Shown here one piece after another: positions 1-13,615 of a stretch of DNA of 64,000 bases. A program made the position numbers and the translations under genes. A model generated the notes under the pieces. The model saw nothing but the letters and a program-made list of their open reading frames with translations, did no database searches and was not told the origin of the DNA. The stretch covers positions 3,550,259 through 3,614,258 of the forward strand of contig CAVNZM010000002.1 in the NCBI GenBank assembly GCA_963693365.1. The letters are read 5' to 3'. Positions within the stretch are counted from its first letter, which is position 1. The number at the start of each line of letters is the position of its first letter. The DNA comes from Amoebidium appalachense (lineage: Eukaryota > Protista > Ichthyosporea).

Positions 1-525
1 AACTGGCTTACCGTACCGTGACCAAGCACAGCGGGAGGGGCGGAAGGAAGGGGGGGGGGGGGAGATTAATACCATACTGTTTGCAATTTCTCTTGCTGCA
101 GCTGCAGCTACCCAGTGGTGGATCTGTAACCCACTAATCGGGTATAACCCCCCCCCCCCCCCCCCCCCCCTCTCTCTCTCTCAGAGCTCTCTCTCTAACC
201 CCCCCCCCCCCTCCCCCGCCCAACCCTAGGGGAGTCCCTTCCTCCTTCCCCTAGAACACTCTTCAATTGATCCCCCCTTCCAACTTCCCTGTCCCGGCCA
301 GGACAGCCACACAGCCGCCTAATACACACTTGCACGGTGAGCTCTACATTCTGCATGATAATGAAATTGAGCTCGTCAATCCTACCCTCTATCCCTCCCC
401 CCTCCCCCCCCCCCTCACCCCCCCCCGCGCCAAAAAAAAAAAAATAAAAATTTGTTACCAAGTTGCCCGTTTTCTTTTTTTTTTTTCTTTCTTTCTTTTT
501 TTTTTAATATATATATATATATATA

Positions 526-667
526 CCGACATCTATGTACGCCCCGACATCTATGTACGTCCCGACATCTATGTACGTGATCATGATATACCACTGAGGG
601 GATATTCCGAGCAAAACCCCCCATACCTGAGACTGGTCTCTCTCTGCCTCGAGTAAACAGCGTAAAC
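526..667. repeat. Dispersed repeat copy with 3x 18-bp tandem (CCGACATCTATGTACGnn), lying between two (TA)n tracts
   Basis: Tandem units at 526, 544 and 562. Positions 561-667 match 23105-23215 as a near-identical reverse complement. Confidence 0.85.
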
Positions 668-672
668 TTTCC

Positions 673-707
<35 letters not shown>

Positions 708-807
708 TGATCAATAAAAAAAAATGATTTCAAGAAAAAGGTGGGCCCTATATAATTACAGATTCTGAATCCTGAAAGAGTAATCAAAATTTTGAGTTTT
801 TTTATAT

Positions 808-928
808 TTTATTTTATCAAAGTTTGTTCCCGGAGGGACCCCAGGCCCTTGGGCCCTCATGGGGAACTACCGTCTTCCACCCAACACCAACAGTACTCTA
901 GCTAGGGTGCTACGGTATTATTAGCTAA
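808..928. repeat. Dispersed ~120-bp repeat with nested hairpins (copy 1; copy 2 at 41510-41624)
   Basis: Shares GGAGGGACCCC...GGGGAACTACCGTCTTCCA...ACAGTACTCTAGCTAGGGTGCTACGGTATTATTAGCTAA with 41510-41624 in direct orientation. Confidence 0.85.
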
Positions 929-1383
929 AGCTGACACGCCTTTAAACAACCCGAACGATTTGCACAGTTTGCCCAGGGTATTCACCTCAGCCACGCCGGT
1001 GGGTATATCTTATTTTCGACCCACCCCTGTATGCAAGATCTAGACATCTTTTTCGGGCTGGTGGCGCAGAAGGTCTGGAAGCTCTCTTAGCCACAAAACT
1101 CCTATATTTGCTGCCCCCCCCCCCCCCCCGGCTTTCCCCCCACCCACCACTCTCCAGCACACAGACCGTGATGCACAACCCACCCACTTCGAACAAGGGA
1201 ACCATGAACCACCGAGGCTTTCATTCGTTCCCAACTTCTTTTGGGAAAGAGAGATATCATCTCGAAGGTGTCAGAAGGCGGAGGGAGGCCTCGGGGGGAG
1301 GGGGAGAGGGGAAGGAGGGGAAGAGGGGGCCCGGGGGGGGGAAGGGGGGGAGGATGTCTCCAGCTCTGTCCTTTCAAACCTCG

Positions 1384-3060
<1,677 letters not shown>

Positions 3061-4558
3061 GTGTACGTGGCACGCTGTGACGCTACACGTGCAATCTTTT
3101 GTTATCATAATCATCCGGGATTCTAAATACTTGCAAGTGCCAGCTGGCACAGCATAAAGTATAAATATGTTACATTTAGTTCCCACTGTAGTTAATGTGC
3201 GTCTTATCATTTCATATGCTCATTACAATTCAGTGTGCCGCGCCACGTGACTGTGACGTGAGGCAATGGGTGCATTCCTGCGATAAAGTAAACGAGCATG
3301 ATTGGTTGTTGTTATCATGGCGTTAAACCGTGTTCCCCCAAGACTTCATCACAGCTCTGCTCTGGCAGTGTGTGGACGATCGACAGACACGGAAAATGGC
3401 TTATAAAATTGCATGATTTGTATTGATGTGCAGAACGTTACACTTCAACATTTTTGGAGGGTATTTTACCTGCAAGAAAATCAAAAAAGACTGAACATAG
3501 TCTTCTCAACCACAGGCTTGTTCTGCTCTAGAGAGATGTTCTATCATGCATATGGCATGCATCTTGCATTGATGCCTGGCTATGCCTGCCCTCAGTCTTG
3601 CCCTCAGGCCATCTCACTCATGCATGAATTCAAGCCTTAGACTCTACAACGCTGGTGCCCAAAAATGTATCTATATAATTTCTAACAGGTTTTACAATGT
3701 TTTGTGTCTATTATATGTCTATTGGTTTAAGGCCAGTGGCTCCATAGTAGATGCCATAGAAATCAACCGAATTTCAAACCCTGTCCACAAGCGCGGCTCT
3801 GATTATATCATCTCTCCCCGGGCATTCTCCAGAATCTGCTTCGTCTTCTTTTCTCCCACATGGTGACCCAGGCGATGTGTATTACATTTCCTTCTGTATA
3901 TAGTAAAAATAATCAAATATAAATGCTTATGATTCGCTGTGTTGTGTTTTGCATTTATTGTTTCAGTGTAGATGATATTCTTATCGCGGGACTCGGATGC
4001 CAAGATCTGAAAAGCATGCGATCGACGCAAGCATCAGATAAACCGGCCAATTGACCACTCTCGCGCGCTGTGTAATATGCTCGTGATTAGCCTAGGCTAC
4101 AATCATCTGAGCCTCGGGACCGCAGAGACCGTACAGACAGGCAAAACGATTTGCCATTTTCTGTGTCAGCTTGTATAAGTTTCCTCTCTTCAGTTTAGTT
4201 TGTTGTTCAATAGTCAAATCACTGAAGCTGCCCATTACACCTTGACAAGTCTTCCTTCTGCTCCACGCGTACGTATACATGCAGTTCACAGTGAACGCTT
4301 TTCGTTCTCCGTAGTAACGAGTCAGTAGCCGTTTGTTTAAAGACCTCACGTTGAGTCACAAAACACCCGACTCCAAACATTGTTTCCCACGCGCACTAGC
4401 AAACGTTCAATTAGTAGTGTCAGCCAATCTTCGACGCACATTCGCCTACGAATACCCTGGACCTCCACGAAGGCCAGGGGTCGACGTCCAGAGAGCTTTC
4501 GAAAAAATACTCCTACAAACTCAAACCGACAAGTTTCTTCTTCTTTTTTTAAGCTACA

Positions 4559-5466
4559 ATGAGGTCACATGCATCTCAGTCCGCCCAGGCGGGTTGTATC
4601 CAGAGAATAATGGAAACTTTTTCATGTTGCTGGCCAGGCACGCGGAGGAAACGAGCCCCTGGAGAGGACATTGAAAGTGGCTCGAACACGGGCTCGCAAA
4701 AATCTGCTTTCCATACGGACGACGCCATCATTTCCATGAAAGGGGACAGTGCTGAAACAAAGGTACCCATCGAGAATAATAAGGTGGGTTACCGTGTTTT
4801 ATGTCGAAAAAAATGCACAAAAAGTTGGCTGTGTATATCATGATGAGGGTTAGTGGTTATTATATATTAGGTGCTAGAGGCATCATCATGATTTACGCGT
4901 CACTGTGACAGTGTGTCTATCTATCGATGCTGGCTTGGTGCGCACCTTGTATGCCAAAACGTGTCACAGTAGCCCAAAATCTACATTTGCGTTTATTTTT
5001 GACACAGTCTGTGTTTTTTTATTAGACCGTCGCAACCATTGAGTATCATTTACTGACCCGGTTACTGTCGCTCCAACAGAGTGACAACCTGAGTGTAACA
5101 CGCAAAGCAAGCACCTCGTCTGCGTTTGACAAGCGCAGCTACCTGAGCATGCTTGGTGACCGCAAGTTGGTGCGGTTGGTGTGGGTTGCTGAGCCCGGCA
5201 CCATCGTCTTGCTGGCTGGCTCGTACGACAACTGGGAGTCCATGGTTCCTCTTATGCAGGTGAGCATTGTACACACCCATGATTAAACATTCAATTACTA
5301 CCCCGTGCATGCCAGGACTCTGTCGCAAAAATGATGCCATTTAAAAGCAAGTGGAGGAATGATCATGAAATTATCTTTCTAGTAATGTATGCACCATTCC
5401 AATTGGTCCAGGATATGGTGTATGCACTCCCTATATATAAGCATATATGATATATATGTTTAATAA

Positions 5467-5508
<42 letters not shown>

Positions 5509-5802
5509 TATATCATATATCATATATATATGTTTGCACTTGTCGCAGTAATTTAATTTCTTATGGCTTTTAGATTCGTATCATGGCACCCGGTTACATA
5601 ACTTTTCAGTGCCTAATCTTTCGGTGCTCCCTCGCAGAAAAAGGATCAACCGGGCATCTACGAGACACGGGTTGTAGTGCCTTTGGGCGAACACGAATAC
5701 CGGTTTTTAGTCAACGACCAATGGGAATGTGATGGTAACCGACCAATCAGACAAAGCGACCGCGACGGCCTGCTCGTCAACGTTTTGACGCTCAACCCAT
5801 AA
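4559..5802 (+). CDS. Small CBM48 (AMPK-beta-type glycogen-binding domain) protein, 3 exons, ~189 aa
   Basis: Exons 4559-4783, 5080-5259 and 5638-5802 with GT-AG introns, all phase 0. Translation ...RLVWVAEPGTIVLLAGSYDNWESMVPLMQ|KKDQPGIYETRVVVPLGEHEYRFLVNDQWECDGNRPIRQSDRDGLLVNVL fits the CBM48 pattern (GSxxNW, EYRFxVxxxW, D..G..N). Confidence 0.85.
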
Positions 5803-6423
5803 TACCCGTGACACCGACCAAAATTAAATGATGCGAAAAGGAAAATGCTAACCAATGTGGATCCTGCGGCAACAAGCAACACCAAAAACGACGACGGTCA
5901 CTTGCGTCATACTACAGCCGTGAAGTTCGAACAGTTTTACGTTCAGTAGCCGCAGTGTCTATTCTCTATCTAATTAGAGAGGATGAACAAAATGCGTCAT
6001 GGTGGCACATATGCATGTGAAAACTGAATGCTTCTTATACTCAATACGAATGGACTCAGTGTTGCCATGCAAATACCAATGCCATCGATCTGTGCATGCT
6101 TCCTCACGACGGTCATTTGACCTGCACCCGATAGTGTTTAATCAATGTGGCGTTTGTGAGTGTTTGAAAAAAAAGCTGTGTCAGCTGCCGCACCACACAT
6201 TTACAGTAATATAGCCACAGTATGAAAGGCGAAAAATGATGTATTTGCGGGTCCAAGTAGTTCGAGGCTGCACATACATGTTAGCCACATGCTTGTTAAT
6301 CTTTCCAAATCTGTGTCTCGAGCTATATCATACCCTTAGCATTTTAATCATCGCAGTTGTTGTAATCACTTAGACTTAAAAGCCGCGCAGCAGGTCCCCT
6401 TAGTAATGCCTGCTCGGAGCTAA

Positions 6424-7140
6424 TTAGGCTACCGTAAACCATATGGTGTCGGCCACATGCATGTGTGTAAATGTGTAATGCCATCGGATTCGCTGTAAGT
6501 CCCATTTGTATTTAGGAGCCCACATGTTCACGGGATGATAACAGCCTGCTACCGAGACAATTTGTAAGCTCGTACGACAACTGCACAGTACCGAATGGAC
6601 TTCCAAGGACGCTGAAAAATAAAATTAAATCCTGCTCTCTTCCGTTGGCAACAACAACAACAAAAAAAAAAAAAAAGGAAAGAAAGAAAAAGAAAGAAAA
6701 AAGAAAAAACGAAAGAAAAAGAAAAAGAAAAGAAAATAAGAAAGAATAGAAGAATTCGAAGAAGAATCGATCCTGTGGAGAGGCTAAAAGGATGGGTACC
6801 ACTAGGTGCGGATGGTTGTATGCTGTCGCATGACCTATGCGAGTTAGGTCTACTAAAACTGTCTGCCTACAAAAAAAAAAACCACTGTCTACAAAATTTC
6901 ATACGCAAAAGGCCTTCTGACTAAACCTGTAGGCACTGTACATATGTTCACCTCATTCACAAATATACATACATATGGTTCAACATGGGATTGGGCGCTG
7001 CCGGCGGTGGGGGTGACTATTGATTATGTTGCAATTGGCACCTCAAATCAAATCTCCCCGCCTTCCTCCTGACCCCCCCCCCCCCCTCCCCCTTCTCGCT
7101 CTTTCGGACCGTTATCTCCCTTTCTCTCTCTCTCTCTCTC

Positions 7141-7179
<39 letters not shown>

Positions 7180-7387
7180 ACCCCCACTCCCCCCTCTCTC
7201 CGAGAGTCTCTGTCTTTCTAGATCACGACGACAGGCCTCTCAGGCTACCAAACAAAAAATGATAGGCTGCATATGTGTGTATGTTTTGTGCGTGTGAGTG
7301 TACATACAGGTGCGTGCACGGTGCACCGTAACTTAGCGACTATGTAGTAATTTGGTGCACGTGATGGTTGTAGAGGCCAAGTGATTG

Positions 7388-7431
<44 letters not shown>

Positions 7432-8190
7432 GGGGGTGGGAAGGCAGAGAGGGGGCGGCGGGGGGGAGGGGGAGGGCAACGACTCGTGTTTGCTCCAGCA
7501 GCGGCATACACCCTGTGTGTGTCCGTGTCACTCAGGCTGCCTCTTTGTGTGTGTCACGGTGTGTCTCTCAGTCTGTGTGCATCGATACGGTGTATCATAA
7601 AGTTTACTACTACGGTGCCTGGACCATGTATGGTGCCCAATCGTGTTCCGTGTGTGGGTCCGTGCGTGTGTGTGTGCATGCCTAATAATGCTGCGGCGCT
7701 TGTGGGCTGTTCGTGTGTGTGTCATGCCGCGTGCTTGGGCGCATGTAGGCATGAGCCCACGGTTTGAAGTGGCACGCGCACTCACGTAGACGTTGGCTCA
7801 TTTTGGGCCCAGTTCAGACCAGCATCTGGCTTGTATCCATTCCTATATAGGCACCCCTGTATAAACTTTGGAAATTAGACTCTCCCCGCGAGCTTATGTA
7901 ATCGTATTCGAAATTCATCTCATGCTGTTTTTCTCCTGCACCTACAGAGATGGCTCCTTATTTTTACTTACACATTCAGCGAACACTGGACTCTATCGAA
8001 CCGTCGAGGCGCCGCGACAGAAAGCATGCACGCGGTCGCGAGAGTGTAAGGAAATATCGGACGTAAAGTTCATCGCAGCGCGTGCACACCGTCAGTACGT
8101 GTGAGGTTTTTCTCATCCATGGCATGATCTCGGCCGAAATTGGCATGGTCATCGTGTGGCCATGGCCACGCACCTGGGGCGGAGGCAAGA
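6424..8190 (-). other. Possible spliced minus-strand transcript or pseudogene, product unknown
   Basis: Exon-like segment ~7786-7856 bounded by CAG and GTGAGT on the minus strand, plus an acceptor-like site near 6612. I could not assemble a continuous, recognisable frame. Confidence 0.25.
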
Positions 8191-8836
8191 CGCATCGGAG
8201 AAGCAGAGACGCAAAAAAAAACGTAATTTATAAAAACAGCACCCAGACAACCACGAGTTTTGGCTTACGTAAGCATGTTAGTTTCAGCTACTTTGATTCG
8301 ATAACACCGTAGCATGACTGTTTTCTATTGGATCAATGCGCATCAACCAAATGGTCCGTTGCCGCGGCCGCGTGCACAGTGCAGGCCAAGTTGGCCATCG
8401 TCGGCAGTTCCGGGGTCAGCGAGAGTCGTGTGCTGATATTTCGACCAGTTCTCAAAGCTTTGTTTTAGTTTACATAGTCTCATTGCGTGGAAAAGAAGAG
8501 AAAAGTTGGGAAAGCATTCTCTCATTTTGCCGCAGCACAATCAGCACGAACCTGAGCAATCCCACGACTCCTTTTTGTTACAGGTTAACGAATCATACTA
8601 GGAACCACGGTTCTACATCATTGCCGGAATCCCAGACAACCACATATAGTCTTTCAAGCAAACCAACGTGTTAGCGCACAACGGAACATTTAAGTTCGGT
8701 TTTGTGGGTCTGAATAGCGAAGTTTGGGGAGTCGGCATACATTCTGTGAGTGCGGGGACTTATTGAATACGAGCCCAGGTATACAAACACAAGTAAGAAT
8801 GGCTTTTGTAGCTTCGTCGTTTGTCAATACCTGCAG

Positions 8837-9546
8837 GACTGGAGCAGTGTCCTCTCATACGGTGAGTCAGACAAGAACATGTGTGGGCGTTCCCCCGTCC
8901 CCCCCCCCCCCCCCCCCCCCCAGGCCCACTCACCCATGTGTAGCACACACACCCCACTACTCCGAGGATGGGCTCAACACTCTTCATGCGTGCTATTCAT
9001 TGTGTTGTCGTTGGTATTGTGTATTTTTCGTACTCTGTAACGCCATCACTTAGTAACCTCCCTGAGGATGGGCTCTGCTTATGACGCATACTGTGCGCAT
9101 GGCTGATGCTGCATACTTGAATGTTTGCCTTTGCATGTGTCCTGCACCATGCTTCTCATCGTGTATGCGTACTTCGTACTGTGTTCCGCATTCAAACCCC
9201 CCCCCCCCCCCCCCCCCCCCCCCCTTCCCCCGGCCTTCCTGCGCGCTGCCAACACCAGCTTTTTTGGCCGTTCTAAGTGCCTGAGCTAACTGATAGTTTC
9301 GTTTCCTTGCACTGCTGTGCTGCTACCTTATTTATCAGTCGAGCATACGTTCATACCTGTAACCCGGTTGACGAATTGCCTTTTTACTGCTGCGGGTTTG
9401 TGCACACGGGCCTAAACACACACATACACACACACACACACACTCTCTCTCTCCCTCCCTCTCCCTCCCTCTCCCTCTCCCTCCCCCCTCCCTCCCCCCC
9501 CTCTCTCTCTCTCTCTCTCGCTCTCTCTTTCTCTCTCTCTCTCTCT

Positions 9547-9635
<89 letters not shown>

Positions 9636-9798
9636 CCCCCCCCCCCCCCCCCCCCCTTTCTCTCTTGCTCTCCCCTCCCCCCCTTTATCTATCTACATAT
9701 CTTTCCCTCTCTATGTGTTTCCCTTTTCCCTCTATGCACACACGTGTACGCACGTGCGTGCGCGTGTGCGTGCACACACACACACACACACACACACA

Positions 9799-9830
<32 letters not shown>

Positions 9831-9989
9831 GTGTGTATGTGTGTGTGTGTCCTCTCTCTCTCGCTTTGTCTCTCAATCTGTCATTCTCCCCCCTCCCCCC
9901 TCCCCCCTTCCCCTTCTCTTCCCTCTGCCTTCCCCCCCCCCCCTCCCCCCCCTCAAAAAAAAACCACACACAGACACACACATACACAT

Positions 9990-10042
<53 letters not shown>

Positions 10043-10871
10043 GGGGGGGGGGGGAGATACACACGCTCTCTCATCCACTGATTCACTTACTCACACTCAT
10101 CTCCTCTCCATTGTGAACCATTTCCCCTTGTCTCCTGTTTTTTTAGCAGCTGGCTTTCTTTGTCTTGCCATAAGCTATATGTTTGTTCTTCTTCATCCAC
10201 CCCTTTTTGGCTTTTCTTGCTTTATTCCCCGCCTTGTTCATCGAACCAAATCTTTCCCTCCCTAACCGGTTCCTTTTTTGGTTCACACTCCCGTGTCTCT
10301 TTGGCCTACGTCCCCCCCCCCCCCCCCCCCCCCTCCCCCCTCCCCCATAACACCAACGCCCCAATGCATACATTGCCCCCCCCCTCCCCCCCCCCCCCTC
10401 TTCTTAGGGTTGCAAGTAAGAAAAGGTGGGAGGAATGACAGTACAAGAAATGGTGGTGTCTCCAGTACCAAGAAGAAGGGCAATTTGATAGATGAACGAG
10501 GTACTTTTTTGGGGGGGGGGGGGGGAGGGGGGAGTATTAACTAACATGCCGAGTATTTTTGTTCCAACAGCGGCTATCTCAGTGTGTGAGGAGAGCAAGC
10601 ACAGCCTTTGTGCAATACTTCCCTGGCCAGTATGAACTGACTGAGCTAAGAAAGCTGGCCGAGGAATATGCAGAGGTATGGCCATTACATTCATATTTCA
10701 AGATTGTGATTTTTTTTTTTTTTTTAGTTAAACGGATGAGTAAGGAGGTGGTGATGGTGGTGGTGGCGGCGGCTATGTTATTGGCGGAGTCTTCTACACT
10801 CTGTAATCAGCTTTTACACTTCTTGTGGGGCGCAAGAGGAGTGGGGTGGGGGGTGTGTGTGTGTGTGTGTG

Positions 10872-10905
<34 letters not shown>

Positions 10906-12320
10906 TAAAAGGTTTTGTAAAGAAGGCTGGAGCAGCGAGTGTTGATGGTGGTGGTGTTTTAGTGATGGTGTTCTTTAAACATTTTAGGGGGTTGGCAACT
11001 CTAGGAAGGGATATGGGGGAGGGGAGAGGGGGGGGGGGGGAGGAAGGGAGAGGCAGATGCGGGGGGAGGGGGGGGAGGGGGGGGGGGGCAGGGGGGTGGC
11101 GAAAGTTTTGGAGGATAGACAGAAGGCACAGGTGGTGTAGGGGCCGATTTGAAGGGGGGCTAGGCAGAAGCAGAGTGGTGGCAGAAAGGCTAAGCGTTAC
11201 TGTGAATTGTGAAGTACTGGTGTTTGGGGTTGTGAGCATGGGGTGCTGGTGGGTGTGCGTGGGTTTTTTCTCCTTAACGTTTTTCTACTTATTTATTTAT
11301 GTATCCTGAAGAAAGTGTTTGAAATGGGGGGGGGGGGGGGGGGATATGATGCGGGGGAGGAGTGGGGGGGATGGAGATGTAAAAGAGTAGTTGGTGCGCT
11401 GGTCATGTGTTATGGTTGCCGTGTGTGTATGTGCTACAATGTGGCGGGGGGAGGGGGGGGGGGGGGGGGAGGGGGGAGTTGTTTATCATCACGGTATGCT
11501 GGTCGATTATGATACGAGACAAGGACTGCCGCACTTGTATTCCTGTGTCTCTTTGAATGAGCAGAACGTGCTTAACCCCCCCCCCCCCCCCCACATCTTT
11601 ACTTCCATGCAACCGGGCATGGTTGCTCTGTGTCGTGCATCTGTAAGCACATACGCGTTTGTCGCTGCACTGCATTAGTTTGCACATACATCTTCACCGT
11701 TTTGCTCACCTTGCTTGCATAAGCAACCCTGCTCGTCTTTGATCAAGACGGGTTGACCCACCCAAGTTCAGTTGATGCTGCTGTCTGAGTTGGAGCGTCG
11801 TATATACGCGGGCTAAGGGGTCGAAACTCAGACGCAATTGATGACTTGGGCCCTCCCTGAGGATGGGCTCTGCTTATGACGCATACTGTGCGCATGGCTG
11901 ATGCTGCATACTTGAATGTTTGCCTTTGCATGTGTCCTGCACCATGCTTCTCATCGTGTATGCGTACTTCGTACTGTGTTCCGCATTCAAAACCCCCCCC
12001 CCCCCCCCCTCTTCTCCTTCCCCTCCACGCACACACGCACCATGCACACATGCACATCCACACACATCTATAAACACGGACGTGCACCTTCACGTGCACA
12101 CACACACACACACACAAAACACAGACACACACACACACACATACATACACACCAACACCCCCACACACAAACACACACATACACACACACGCGCGCGCGC
12201 TACCCAGTCACTCATTATTCTCGCATCCCTGCCTAACCCTCTGCCTTCCTGTGAACCATCCCATCAACCATTTAGCTTGAAAACCTGACCTTCCCCCTCT
12301 TTCCTGCTCACACCCCCCCT

Positions 12321-12351
<31 letters not shown>

Positions 12352-12537
12352 AGCGTGTTCATTTCGTTTCATTTTTGTTGAAACCCCCCCCCCCCCCCCC
12401 CCCCCTCCCCCCTCCTCCCTCCCCGCCTCCAATGTCTTTGCTTCCATGGCTGTCAACCTCTAATTTATGCATATCCCCCTCCTTCCTCCCCCCTTCCCCC
12501 CCCCCTCTCGCCAACACACACACACGCACACAGACAC

Positions 12538-12573
<36 letters not shown>

Positions 12574-13041
12574 ACGAATTAACCCACCCCCAGTCCTTAC
12601 AGTCACCCCCTCCCTCCCTCCCCCCCCCCCCCCGGCCCCTCCCCCTCGCCCTCTCTCTCTCCTCCCCCCCCCCCCCCTCCGCCCGTCGCCCTCCCCCTCC
12701 CTCTCCCCCCCCCCCCCCCCACCAGGTTGCCGTCTCAGCAGCAAGCAATGTAACCCTGAAGGTGCCGCACCGTTCAGACCGCAACTGCTCCTACGGCCAT
12801 GCATACCTCAAGTGTGGCTCCTTGCCAAACATGCACGGTACGTGCGTGGGTGCTGTCGTGGTGGAAGAATTGAAGACATGGATGGGTATGGTGGTGGCAG
12901 TGGTGCGGGATGAGAAGAGAGGAGTGGTTTTTTTTTTGCAGGTTTCTTTGTGCGTGTTCAGGGGAAGAGGGGGGGGGGGGGGGGGGGGGGAGGGGGGTGT
13001 TAAGGATGGGGAAACCGGGAGGGAGGGGGAGGGGGGAAGGG

Positions 13042-13077
<36 letters not shown>

Positions 13078-13580
13078 TGGAGAGGGAGGGAGATGGAAGA
13101 AGGTGGGAGAGAGAGAGAGATAGAGATGGAAGGTGGGAGAGGCAGAGTGAGGTGGGAAGAGAGGGCGGGGGGGGGGGGGGGGGGGGGGGGTGTTAAGGAT
13201 GGGGAAACCGGGAGGGAGGGGGGAGGGGGGAGGGGGGGGGGGGAGAGAGAGAGAGAGATGGAAGAAGGTGGGAGAGGCAGAGTGAGGTGGGAAGGGTGGG
13301 GGGGGGGGGGGGGGGGGGGGGGGTACCATTGATGGTGAGATAGACACGGTCATTTCTGGTTGGATTAAACACCTTGGCTAAGTGTGTATGACAGTAAAGA
13401 TTATGGAGTTGGATGTCCGTCTATGCATGCAGGGAGGGGGATGCTCTGGTGCAAGTAGTTTTTTGTTGGTTTTTTTTTGGTTCTTTGGTCTGCATGTGTG
13501 GGTGGGTGGGTGTGTATATGCGTGGTGGGTAGGGGTGGGGGTGGGGGGCAGCATTCGAAGGTGTGTGTGTGTGTGTGCGT

Positions 13581-13615
<35 letters not shown>

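Noticed and set aside
145-230. TAACCC / ACCCTAG telomere-like seeds before C-runs
   Set aside because: Single units only, with no tandem telomeric array.
3413-4350. Possible gene upstream of the CBM48 gene
   Set aside because: Only short ORFs; no consistent exon chain or motif found.
7786-7940. In-frame TGA in a minus-strand frame (MNFEYDY...QMLV*TGPK), suggesting selenocysteine or readthrough
   Set aside because: No recognisable homology, an alternative open frame exists, and the confident genes use TGA as a normal stop.
10554-10570. Apparent frameshift in the RRM gene if the CAG ending at 10570 is the acceptor
   Set aside because: Resolved by the GAG acceptor ending at 10553, just after an ACTAAC branch motif, which restores phase.
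11839-11860. Box C/D snoRNA (TGATGA ... CTGA) reading of the structured element
   Set aside because: The boxes are only ~12 nt apart, box C is not conserved in subfamily B, and the copies behave like mobile insertions.
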